Positions 10,014 to 18,802 of a stretch of DNA of 64,000 bases are shown here, in pieces. The number at the start of each line of letters is the position of its first letter. Position 1 is the first letter of the stretch. The notes under the pieces are model-generated. The model worked only from the letters and a program-made list of their open reading frames with translations, had not been told where the DNA came from and did no database searches. The stretch is from Nostoc sp. DedQUE02. Lineage in GTDB: Bacteria; Cyanobacteriota; Cyanobacteriia; Cyanobacteriales; Nostocaceae. The stretch lies in NCBI RefSeq assembly GCF_034531035.1, contig NZ_JAVRBY020000016.1, forward strand, positions 34,521 to 98,520, in the 5' to 3' direction. Position numbers and translations under genes: made by a program.

Positions 10014-11126
10014 ATGGGTATTTTCCAAAATGTATCTGAAACTTTCAGCCGCGAGGCTAAAAAATATACAACTATTTTCCTACCAAAACATCGAGTTGAT
10101 AAAGACTACGATGATACACCTATTCGTGCAGGTGAAGCCTATTGTCGCATCTGGCTAGAGGATATGAATTTAGCTAAAGATGTAGACTGGTTTAAACAAC
10201 GATATCCAGTTGTTAATGCTGCTGTCCGTTTCCATTATGACTCTAAGTTAGTAACTATTCCTTTTTTAGCTGCGCCCGGTCAGTTAAAAGATTTGGGAAG
10301 CAACAATTTAGATAAAGTCATTCTAGAGAGATGTCCTCTTACGCCTTTATTTCCCTTTAATCAAGGTTTAGTAGAATTTGAAGCTGGCTTATTTAGCATG
10401 GCTGCGAGTGACTCCATCGGCAAATTTATCGAGACAATGGGAAGATTTGCCAAATTGTTACCTACGCCTCAACTTTCAACTGTGTTGAATCTAGCAGAAC
10501 CCGTATATCGGGGAATAGAAGATTTACTTGATATTGGAGAACGCCGGCTAGAGTTAGGTTATCGACAAACTTTTTCTGATGCTGACGGTGGTAGTAGTAA
10601 TTTCCTTAGAGAGGGGTACTTTGCCGTAATTTTGGCGGAAGAACGAGAGATTCAGATGGAAAATCTTTGCGTTGTCAAAGATAACCTACGGCTTGGCTCT
10701 CCGGGAAATACTAAAGTATTTCTCCGTGATAGTAAGCCTTTTAAGGGTTTCAGCTATATGTTATTTCGCATAGAAAAGCGCAAACAGCAAGATTGGGAGT
10801 CGTTAGAAACTATAAAAGAGCTAGTTACTCAAGCTCAAAATGCTATTTATTCAGGAGAATATGACAAGGTAAAGAAATTTATTTTACCTGCTATTGAAAT
10901 AGCTATTCTTCAAAGTCCTGATGTAGCTAAAGCTGACCGACGCAATATGATCTTAAAAATTGGAGAGGAATTGAAGGAAGTTGGTTTGCAATCTACAAAA
11001 GTGCAAAAGCGATCACTGTATTCAATTATGCAGCGACCTTTGCCAGAGATTGACGCAGCTACAGAAGCTGAATTAGCTTCTCTAGAGCAGCTTTTCCAGC
11101 AAAATGGTCAAGAAATTAGCCTCTAA
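10014..11126 (+). CDS. Uncharacterised 370-aa protein, co-oriented and 20 bp downstream of the protease gene
   Basis: Long ORF with ATG start and no signal peptide. The N-terminal part looks beta-rich with an amphipathic helical insert; the C-terminus looks helical. No family recognised. Confidence 0.8.
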   Translation: MGIFQNVSETFSREAKKYTTIFLPKHRVDKDYDDTPIRAGEAYCRIWLEDMNLAKDVDWFKQRYPVVNAAVRFHYDSKLVTIPFLAAPGQLKDLGSNNLDKVILERCPLTPLFPFNQGLVEFEAGLFSMAASDSIGKFIETMGRFAKLLPTPQLSTVLNLAEPVYRGIEDLLDIGERRLELGYRQTFSDADGGSSNFLREGYFAVILAEEREIQMENLCVVKDNLRLGSPGNTKVFLRDSKPFKGFSYMLFRIEKRKQQDWESLETIKELVTQAQNAIYSGEYDKVKKFILPAIEIAILQSPDVAKADRRNMILKIGEELKEVGLQSTKVQKRSLYSIMQRPLPEIDAATEAELASLEQLFQQNGQEISL

Positions 11127-11238
11127 ATTTGTTGTCTAACACTGTTATCTAACAGCAAAGGCGCAGAGTAAGGAAGGTCGGGGGAAATTTTTCTTTTCTT
11201 CTATTCCCCACTCTCCAATCCCTACTCCCCACTCACTT

Positions 11239-11964
11239 TTAAATATGAATTCCACATTCTGTTTTATCACTTCCTCGCCAGCGTCCGGCGCGTTCGTCTT
11301 CGCCTTCGCCTACTTTGGTGGTGATGGGTTGGTCGCCGATGCTGGGATAACCTTGGTCGTGGAGAGGGTTGTAGATGACTCCATGTTCAGCCACATAAAC
11401 CCAGCTGTCTTGACGAGTCCAAGTAGCTATGGGATTTACTTTCAGCCGACCTTTATTATCAAATTCAAATATGGGCATATTTGCACGGGTTACTGCTTGG
11501 TCACGGCGGCGTCCGGTAATCCAAGCAACGCTGTTGAGTTCGTCTAAACCCCGTAGTAGTGGTTCAATTTTTGTAATGTGGTGGAATTTGGCAATATCCG
11601 TATCCCAGAGTTTGTCGCCGTATTTGGCTTCAAAGGCTTCGCGGGTGTCTAGGTCTGGAGTTTTGAAAGTTTGCAAATCCAGGTTGTAGATTTGTTCAGC
11701 TTTGGCTACTAATTCTAGGCTTTCAGGGAAGTGGTGCAAAGTATCGAGAAAGATTACAGGAACGGGATGCTTCAGTTCGCTGTAAAGAATATGGGTAATT
11801 ATCATGTCATCCACGTTAAAGGCGCTTGTTTGCACCAGTCCCGTTGGGATATTCTCTATAGACCATGCCAGTATGTCTTTAGGACTGGCAGTTTCAAATT
11901 GCTCGTTTAATTTGTCTAAGTCAAAAGCGATCGCTTGGTTTCTAGATGCCGTGGAGACTGTCAT
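11239..11964 (-). CDS. cysH: Phosphoadenosine phosphosulfate (PAPS/APS) reductase
   Basis: FLDTLHHF, WITGRRRDQ, YNPLHDQGYPSIGD and the C-terminal ECGIH motif. Confidence 0.96.
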   Translation of the reverse strand: MTVSTASRNQAIAFDLDKLNEQFETASPKDILAWSIENIPTGLVQTSAFNVDDMIITHILYSELKHPVPVIFLDTLHHFPESLELVAKAEQIYNLDLQTFKTPDLDTREAFEAKYGDKLWDTDIAKFHHITKIEPLLRGLDELNSVAWITGRRRDQAVTRANMPIFEFDNKGRLKVNPIATWTRQDSWVYVAEHGVIYNPLHDQGYPSIGDQPITTKVGEGEDERAGRWRGSDKTECGIHI

Positions 11965-12373
11965 GATAATCTTCTATTCAAATATTTCTACCTTGATTAA
12001 TATCGATCTTACCCCATCAAGACACGTATTCCGCTCGGAGATAAGGTAATTATTTTGTGCGGAAATTACTACATTTTGAAAATGGGGAATGGGGACAAGA
12101 AAAATAAGGGACTTCCAACTAAAAAAATAATCAATCGTTTTGGAAGGCAGGGGGAGAAAAAATTGAATAGTAACGTTGGATGTAGGAATTGAGTAATTTA
12201 ATTCTTGGATGTCCCTAACCACACGCAATGCCAAGTAAAAATTATTACATAAGCATAAATGAAGTATTTACTAAGAAAGTTTAAGGTAATTTAAGTTTTA
12301 TAATACTTTTATAGATATTTATACTGATTTTGATATGGTTAAGGAACTATTAATAAAAGGGATTTTACTTACA

Positions 12374-12478
12374 ATGAACAACGCAAAATTCAGCAATCCA
12401 TTAGGCCAGTCTATAATTATGGGCGCTTTAATGATGTTAACCAGCGTTGGGGTTATTACAATCATGAACTTTTTCTAA
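12374..12478 (+). CDS. Putative 34-aa single-transmembrane small protein (47 aa if it starts at ATG 12335)
   Basis: Reads MNNAKFSNPLGQSIIMGALMMLTSVGVITIMNFF. An AAGGGA motif lies upstream of ATG 12374 and a terminator-like hairpin follows. Below the ORF-track size cutoff. Confidence 0.45.
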   Translation: MNNAKFSNPLGQSIIMGALMMLTSVGVITIMNFF

Positions 12479-12516
12479 GATTTAAGATTTCTCATTTTAG
12501 AAATAAGACTTCATAT

Positions 12517-12550
12517 AGTCCCGCTCAAAACTGAGTGGGACTTTTACTTT
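12517..12550 (+). terminator. Intrinsic terminator-like hairpin
   Basis: AGTCCCGCTCA-aaac-TGAGTGGGACT followed by TTTACTTT. Confidence 0.6.
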
Positions 12551-12622
12551 TATGATGCATATATAGTGTAGATTAAGCCTCTTCTGTGACTTTCAGCAGA
12601 GAAAAATTCCGGGCTTACGCAT

Positions 12623-12800
12623 TAGACATCTCCGAAAATTAATGTCTGACCCCTCTCCAAACCTCTCCCCGTTGGCGTCAGCCTGCCGTTAGGCAAGCAA
12701 AGAGAGGCTTTAATTCCCGTTTCCCTTGAAGGGAAGGGGAGTAGGGGGATTAGGTCTGCGCGTAAATTTAAAGTTTCTAAATCTTTTCCGGAGATGTCTA
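12623..12800. mobile_element. 178-bp MITE-like element with TAGACATCTCCG terminal inverted repeats
   Basis: TAGACATCTCCGAAAA at 12623 and TTTTCCGGAGATGTCTA ending at 12800. TA at both ends; the interior has C-rich and G-rich arms. Confidence 0.6.
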
Positions 12801-13055
12801 TTGACAGGAATTTGACTATTGTCCGATTTTGTAGATATCTCGGCTAAACCCCTGAAGAAAAAGAGCTTGCTTTAACAAATAACTAAGCTTAGTGCCATTC
12901 GCTCGTAGTTGAAGTGAGTTTTGTAGCCAGTTAGGGAAAACTATTGACAGCTATACATGGTATTTAATTAAGAGATTTTGGTGTTTCACTGATTTTCGCT
13001 TAACTAAGGGCCATTGATGCTTGTCCCATCTAAACATCGAGAGAATAACACTATC

Positions 13056-13592
13056 ATGGTTGACACATCTTCGCTCGACAACCAAATAAAATCCTTAGAA
13101 TTACCGATCGAGCGCGACCAGTTTCTGCGTACAATGATTCGAGAATTGGCTGGAACCCTACAAGATGTAGTTGGGATTGAACAGGCAGAAGGCTTTTTGA
13201 ATGTGGTCGGCTATCGAACAGGTCAACATGTCAATCAGATTTACCAAAACGCTTTGCAATTGTCAAATCTTTCTCGTGAACAGGTAACTGTTGTCCTCGT
13301 AGATTGGAAACGCCGGATTCAAGGTGACTTTTATGTGATTGAAGAAACCGATGAGAAGATCGTTTTAGGCAATCGCAAATGTCCTTTTGCAGAACAGGTA
13401 GAAGGACGCGAAGCTATGTGTGTTATGACATCAAACATTTTTGGCGCGATCGCAGCCGACAACCTCGGCTACGCTAGAGTCGAGTTACAAGACACGATTG
13501 CCAGAGGCGCACAAGAATGCAAAATCGTTATTTATCTCAAACCTAGCGAAGTATTAGACGAGTTTACAGCACAAGAATACTTCAAAGCATAG
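13056..13592 (+). CDS. V4R-like / methanogen output domain 1 (MetOD1)-type protein
   Basis: FLRTMIRELAGTL, GDFYVIEE, RKCPFAE...MCVMTSNIFG and IARGAQECKIVIYL give a V4R-type Cys pattern. Probable start is ATG 13056; the track starts at 13014. Confidence 0.75.
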   Translation: MVDTSSLDNQIKSLELPIERDQFLRTMIRELAGTLQDVVGIEQAEGFLNVVGYRTGQHVNQIYQNALQLSNLSREQVTVVLVDWKRRIQGDFYVIEETDEKIVLGNRKCPFAEQVEGREAMCVMTSNIFGAIAADNLGYARVELQDTIARGAQECKIVIYLKPSEVLDEFTAQEYFKA

Positions 13593-13846
13593 TAGCAGCG
13601 TTAAACGGGACATTTGCAGACTATCACCCTCTCCCTGTAATAATATGTCCCGGCTGAAGTTGATGCCCCAAAGCGTAGCTTATACCAGATTAGTACAAAA
13701 GGTATTATTTAAGATTTCTGAAGCAGCTTTGTGGTCAAAGCTTTTAATCCAAAATCTAAAATCGAAAATTAGTATTAGTCTCTTCACTTTTACCCCATCA
13801 GTGCTATGAGCAGTGGTAAAGATCCTCGCTTCAGTACCTCCAGATC

Positions 13847-15181
13847 ATGATACGCGATCAATTTTTAAAGTTTGCCCAGGTTTTACCAGAACCTCTGCTG
13901 CTTGTGACTAGCGCAGGTGAAATTTTAGCAGTTAATCAGCCTGCTGCCAGACTCTTTAACAAGACCAGTAAAGCACTGATTGGTCAATGTCTTACCGAGT
14001 TTGTTACTGATTCTTCAGAGAAAGTCATCGACTATCTTCGAGCTTGCTCTCAAAGTCGTCAAATGATTTTGGGAGCTTTAACTATCCAGCAAGCCCAAGG
14101 AGAGGAAATTGCTTGTCGTAGTCAAGGATCTTTGATCGAGCCGCGATCGCCAGAAAGCCCAGCCATTAATTTACTGCGGTTAGAAAAGCGAACAAGCGAT
14201 CAATTCGTTGTGCTTAACCAAAAAATTCATGCGCTGAGTAAAGAAATTCAACAACGCCAACGCATTGAGGCAGAACTCGCACAATCGAATGAAACCTTAA
14301 GACAGACTCTACTCAAACTGCAAAATGCTCTTGAAGCTGTGCAAACGGAAAAGATGTCTGGACTAGGACATTTAGTTGCAGGAATTGCCCATGAAATTAA
14401 TAATCCAATAAGCTTTATTTATGGAAATCTGACCTATGCGGGTGAATACTATAATGATTTGCTGAAACTGATTCAACTCTATCAGCAAGAATATCCTAAT
14501 CCGAGTCGAGTGATTCAGCAGGAAATTAAAGCCCTGGATCTTGATTTTATGCAAAAGGATATTAAAAAATTACTCCAATCAATGCAGACAGGTTCCGAGC
14601 GGATTAGCGAGATTGTTAAATCTTTGCGAAACTTCACTCGATTAGACGAAGCAACATTCAAGGTGGTTGATATTCATGAGGGTTTAGAGGCTGCATTGAT
14701 GATTTTACAAAGTCGCCTTAATCCTAGCGATCGCTATTCTGGTATTGAAGTGATTAAGGAATATGGAGAATTGCCTTGGCTTTCTTGTTCTCCTGGGCAA
14801 CTCAATCAAGTGTTTATGAATCTCCTGAATAATGCGATCGATGCTTTAGAAGAAGCTGAACAAGTGCGATTGTCTGCGACAGACCGTAGATCATCGCCAG
14901 AATTAATACGAAATTATCCCAGTCGCATCTGGATTCACACGGAGAAACTAAACGATCACTACATTAGAATTCGCATCAAGGATAATGGTAACGGAATCCC
15001 CGCCCAGATTCATCATCAGATATTTAATCCCTTCTTCACCACCAAGCCAGTCGGCAAAGGTACAGGATTAGGATTATCGATTTGTTACCAAATCATTGAG
15101 AGCCACAATGGTCGAATTAATGTGATATCTGATCCAGATTGGGGAACTGAATTTAGTATTGAGTTACCCATTGTTTACTGA
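13847..15181 (+). CDS. PAS-domain sensor histidine kinase
   Basis: N-terminal PAS ([10 protein letters not shown]), H-box [11 protein letters not shown]-box [14 protein letters not shown]-boxes DNGNGI and GKGTGLGL. Confidence 0.93.
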   Translation: MIRDQFLKFAQVLPEPLLLVTSAGEILAVNQPAARLFNKTSKALIGQCLTEFVTDSSEKVIDYLRACSQSRQMILGALTIQQAQGEEIACRSQGSLIEPRSPESPAINLLRLEKRTSDQFVVLNQKIHALSKEIQQRQRIEAELAQSNETLRQTLLKLQNALEAVQTEKMSGLGHLVAGIAHEINNPISFIYGNLTYAGEYYNDLLKLIQLYQQEYPNPSRVIQQEIKALDLDFMQKDIKKLLQSMQTGSERISEIVKSLRNFTRLDEATFKVVDIHEGLEAALMILQSRLNPSDRYSGIEVIKEYGELPWLSCSPGQLNQVFMNLLNNAIDALEEAEQVRLSATDRRSSPELIRNYPSRIWIHTEKLNDHYIRIRIKDNGNGIPAQIHHQIFNPFFTTKPVGKGTGLGLSICYQIIESHNGRINVISDPDWGTEFSIELPIVY

Positions 15182-15193
15182 GCAAAACTGAAG

Positions 15194-15386
15194 TACAGGA
15201 CTCATATTTGATTTCTGAAAACATTCAGTACAGCTCAAAGAGGCTTCTTGCCTATTACCTATTACCTATTGCCTATTGCCTATTGCCTATTACCTATTGC
15301 CTATTGCCTATTGCCTATTGCCTTCTACACAAATAAGTATGGCTACGCTCCCGTGAGGGATACAGAAATCAAATCGGATTGCTATA
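15194..15386. mobile_element. MITE-like element (family A, copy 1) carrying an STRR array
   Basis: Ends are TACAGGACTCATATTTGATTTCTG and CAGAAATCAAATCGGATTGCTATA. The same ends occur at 25073, 26516 and 38593. Confidence 0.7.
15249..15323. repeat. STRR heptamer array T(G/A)CCTAT, 10 copies plus a partial copy
   Basis: Counted directly in the sequence. Confidence 0.95.
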
Positions 15387-15454
15387 TACGTATTCATCCG
15401 TAATTTTGCCATCAGAGTATTTAAAATAGGGAGGCGATCGCTATTTCCTTGAAC

Positions 15455-17044
15455 CTAGTGACCGACTGGCGCTTTCACTCCTGCACCACCTTTGCCCAGG
15501 AATAATAATAAGGGTAATGAGCAAAGAAATCCTATGCCTACGACTCGAAAACAATCTGCATAAGACAAAACAGCAGCTTGAGTATCTACTGTTTGACTTA
15601 ATAAAGCTAGTGCTTGTTGTTGCGCTGTTGCCGCATCCATGCCTTGGCTTTGAAGTGCCCCATTGAGCAAGTCGAGACGTTGACTGGTTTCTGGGTCATA
15701 AGGGCTAAGTTTTGCTAACAGGATATCTCGATGAAAAGTCTGTCTTTGGTCAAGCAGAGTAGTAAGTAGGGCAATGCCGATACTACCACCTAGTTGTCGA
15801 GTCAGGTTGTAGAAACCAGAACCAGCAGAAATATCTTTTTTGGGTAGCGGCCCTAAAACTGCCAAACTCAAAGGGAGAAACATAAATACAGTAAAAGCTC
15901 CGCGCCATACCAATGGCCAAAATAAATCGTCTGTGCCGCTTTGTGGGGTAATTGCTGCCAATTGAAACATGACTCCAGATGAGCCGACAGCGCCGATCGC
16001 AATTAAAAATCGCGCATCAACTATACTAGTCAGCTTGCCTAATAAAACCATACCGATCGCAGACGCTAAAGCCCCAGGTGCTAATAATAGTCCTGTTTGT
16101 GTTGCCGTAAATTGCAGCACGCTTTGAGCAAATATCGGCACAGCAAACAGTGCGCCATAAAGCCCCATACCCACCACTGCTGAAAGAATGCTTCCCGCAG
16201 CTAAAGAACGGTGACGCAAAACTCTCAAATCCACAGCCGGGTGATCTGTTTTCAGTTCTCGCCAAATAAACAACCCCAAGCCGATAATACCAAGGATAGT
16301 CAGAGAGACGATGAAACTAGAGGAAAACCAGTCGTCTGTTTCCCCTTCTTCTAATACAGTTTGTATGCTACCCACGGCCACGATTAAAAAGCCAATTCCC
16401 CACCAATCAACAGCTTGGTTCTTTGTATCGCTCTTATCCTTATTTTTTGGCAAAAACGCCAAAGACATCGCGACTGCAACGATCCCAAAGGGAATGTTAA
16501 CGAAGAAAATCCAGCGCCAGCCTAAACCATCTACTAAGAATCCTCCTAAGGTTGGGCCAATTGCTGGCCCAGCAATTACACCCACGCCAAAAACTGCTTG
16601 CGCCAAACCTTGTTCAGCTGGGGGAAAAGTCTCGAACAAAATTGCTTGGGCTTTCGCTAGCAATCCGCCACCGCATAAACCTTGGAGAATTCGAGCCGCA
16701 ATCAACATCGGTAGATTGAAGGACAGCCCACATAAAACAGAGGAAATCGTAAAACCAACTAGCGAGAAGATAAAGTAGGTTTTACGCCCAAAGTAATCTC
16801 CCAACCATGCAGATAAGGGAATTAAGACGACGTTAGCGATCGCATATCCGCTAACTACCCAACCTACCTCACTCACAGTTGCACCCAAGGTAGCTTGGAT
16901 ATCAGTGAGAGCGACGTTGACAATACTAGTATCAATTACTTCTAATATTGCACCCAGAGAAGCCGTAAATGCGATCGCCCACTTCAATGGCCCGTGGACA
17001 TAACCAAATTGGTCAATACTAGAACTTTTAATGTTGGTAGCCAT
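15455..17044 (-). CDS. DHA2 family (EmrB/QacA) MFS efflux transporter
   Basis: LEVIDTSIVNVAL, ARILQGLCGG and GPAIGPTLGG motifs; about 14 hydrophobic segments. Confidence 0.93.
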   Translation of the reverse strand: MATNIKSSSIDQFGYVHGPLKWAIAFTASLGAILEVIDTSIVNVALTDIQATLGATVSEVGWVVSGYAIANVVLIPLSAWLGDYFGRKTYFIFSLVGFTISSVLCGLSFNLPMLIAARILQGLCGGGLLAKAQAILFETFPPAEQGLAQAVFGVGVIAGPAIGPTLGGFLVDGLGWRWIFFVNIPFGIVAVAMSLAFLPKNKDKSDTKNQAVDWWGIGFLIVAVGSIQTVLEEGETDDWFSSSFIVSLTILGIIGLGLFIWRELKTDHPAVDLRVLRHRSLAAGSILSAVVGMGLYGALFAVPIFAQSVLQFTATQTGLLLAPGALASAIGMVLLGKLTSIVDARFLIAIGAVGSSGVMFQLAAITPQSGTDDLFWPLVWRGAFTVFMFLPLSLAVLGPLPKKDISAGSGFYNLTRQLGGSIGIALLTTLLDQRQTFHRDILLAKLSPYDPETSQRLDLLNGALQSQGMDAATAQQQALALLSQTVDTQAAVLSYADCFRVVGIGFLCSLPLLLFLGKGGAGVKAPVGH

Positions 17045-17321
17045 TATTTAGCACAAATAATATTTGGGAGATGTTAACCAATGCCAAGGCTAAAATTAAA
17101 TTTTGTATACATACGCTACGGTAGCGTATCATATAAAAATGGTCAAGAGAGTTATCTATGAAAAGTGGCAGAAATACTTATGCTAAAGATGGATGGTCAT
17201 TGCTGCTGTTTTAGTGCATGAAAATTGGGTTATAAAGCTTATTTGTTTCCCAGAAGCGATGTTCTGTGCCCAAAGGTAGGAGCAAATGACCAAAAAGATA
17301 TTGCTTGGGGATGATATTTTT

Positions 17322-17918
17322 ATGAGTAAGCAAATCAACAGCACCTCTGGACGCCCGCGCAGCATCCACGCCGACCAAGCGATTCTGCGAGCGACTTTGG
17401 ATTTGCTTGCAGAGATAGGATATGAAAGCATGAGTATAGAAGCGATCGCTTCTCGTGCTGGAGTTGGTAAAACAACCATCTATCGGCGTTACACTTCCAA
17501 AGAAGAACTAGTTGCAGACGCGATAGAAAGTCTCAGAGATGATTTAGCGATCCCCGATACCGGCAGCTTTTGGGGAGACATGGATATTCTGATTAAGAAT
17601 GCCGCCAAAAAAATTGATAGTCCCCTTGGCCGTCAGACACTCGCACTGATTGTTAGTACAGCGTCTAGCAATCCTCAGTTTGCCGAGGTCTATTGGACAA
17701 AATATACAAAACTCCGACGTGAAGCCTTTGCGAAAGTACTTGAGCGTGCCAAGTCCAGAGATGAAATTCACAAGGACGCAGACGTAGACCTAATTATCGA
17801 CCTTGTGAGCGGTTCACTATATTATGCACTGATTTTCAAACCCACAACCGAGCCAGTAGAAGCCTATATGCGCCGCACTATGAATCTTCTCCTTAAAGGT
17901 ATTGGGAATGGGGCATAG
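17322..17918 (+). CDS. TetR/AcrR family regulator, divergent from the MFS gene
   Basis: HTH SIEAIASRAGVGKTTIYRRY. Probable start is ATG 17322; the track starts at 17286. Confidence 0.92.
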   Translation: MSKQINSTSGRPRSIHADQAILRATLDLLAEIGYESMSIEAIASRAGVGKTTIYRRYTSKEELVADAIESLRDDLAIPDTGSFWGDMDILIKNAAKKIDSPLGRQTLALIVSTASSNPQFAEVYWTKYTKLRREAFAKVLERAKSRDEIHKDADVDLIIDLVSGSLYYALIFKPTTEPVEAYMRRTMNLLLKGIGNGA

Positions 17919-17920
17919 AG

Positions 17921-18070
17921 AGACAAGGGAGACAAGGGAGACAAGGGGAATAACAATCCCAAATCCCCAGTCCCCAGCGATGCACTGAGCGCAGTCGTTG
18001 TGTCCCCAGCGATGCACTGAGCTTGTCGTTGTGAGTCGAGATTCAACTACCGCACTGTCGAAGTGTCCCC
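17921..18070. repeat. 9-mer AGACAAGGG x3 plus a composite small dispersed repeat (family B, reverse orientation)
   Basis: Contains GATGCACTGAGC twice and GTGAGTCGAGATTCAACTACCGC, the reverse complement of the core at 31044 and 38652. Confidence 0.8.
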
Positions 18071-18154
18071 ATTTCCAACTTGTTGCAAAAATAACTTTTC
18101 ATGAACGGTTGTAAATGAGATGATGGAGAAATTAGAGAAAAAGGTGAACAATTG

Positions 18155-18508
18155 TTATTTTTCTCCTTCCGCTTCTGGTTGCAGAATGGCATCACAATAT
18201 TGAATGAGGGTTGTCAAGCGATCGCTAATCGTTTGAAGTCTCGTTTGTGCAGTAGATGCTTGCCGCGCTCCTTGGAAAAACCTTACATCCATTTCCAACA
18301 GGCGCAATTGCTTGCTCATCTCCGTTTGATAAGACTGTACTCGCCAGTTTTCATCAGCCAAAGGCACAATCTGCTGCCCAAAGAATTGCTGCAACGAGGC
18401 TACACGCTGCCGCAGTTCGGGCGCAACGATTTGGGTAGTTGTGGCATCGGAGCGTAATTGCTCTAATAAGGTTACAAATGCCAGATATTTCTCACGGTTT
18501 AAAGACAT
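18155..18508 (-). CDS. patD: Probable heterocyst frequency control protein PatD
   Basis: Sequence (…QSYQTEMSKQLRLLEMD.FFQGARQ…) recognised from memory as the PatD family. It lies head-to-head with rel. Confidence 0.65.
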   Translation of the reverse strand: MSLNREKYLAFVTLLEQLRSDATTTQIVAPELRQRVASLQQFFGQQIVPLADENWRVQSYQTEMSKQLRLLEMDVRFFQGARQASTAQTRLQTISDRLTTLIQYCDAILQPEAEGEK

Positions 18509-18802
18509 CCAGTGCTAGTTAAGATAGTATTAATGTCAAGTAATTTTTCTTCTACAATAAACTTTCTTAAAGACTTATCAACATTAAAAGCCTCAAACGA
18601 TGATTTAAGGCTTTGTTTGCCATCAATGGATTTTCTTTTTTATGATCCTTGAAACTCAAACTGGATGACTACCATAGCAATTGGAAAATCATCCTGACAC
18701 TGTTTTTTCTACCCTTCTCTGGGTGACAGCATCTTCTTCGGGCGATGCTGCCAGTTTTATTTATCTTTCACTTATCTACCGAGCCACTCTAAACCCAATT
18801 GT

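Noticed and set aside
10014-11126. Calling the 370-aa protein a bacterial gasdermin
   Set aside because: It has no N-terminal palmitoylation Cys context and no recognisable gasdermin sequence pattern. Only the gene context is analogous.
3772-11238. att sites or target duplications flanking the helicase-protease block
   Set aside because: No convincing direct repeat was found by eye at the two borders, and there is no recombinase, so mobility is not supported.
11974-12234. 86-aa ORF upstream of cysH
   Set aside because: It is AT-rich promoter-like sequence with no recognisable motif.
18540-18555. NtcA box upstream of patD
   Set aside because: The spacing is GTA-N10-TAC rather than the canonical GTA-N8-TAC.
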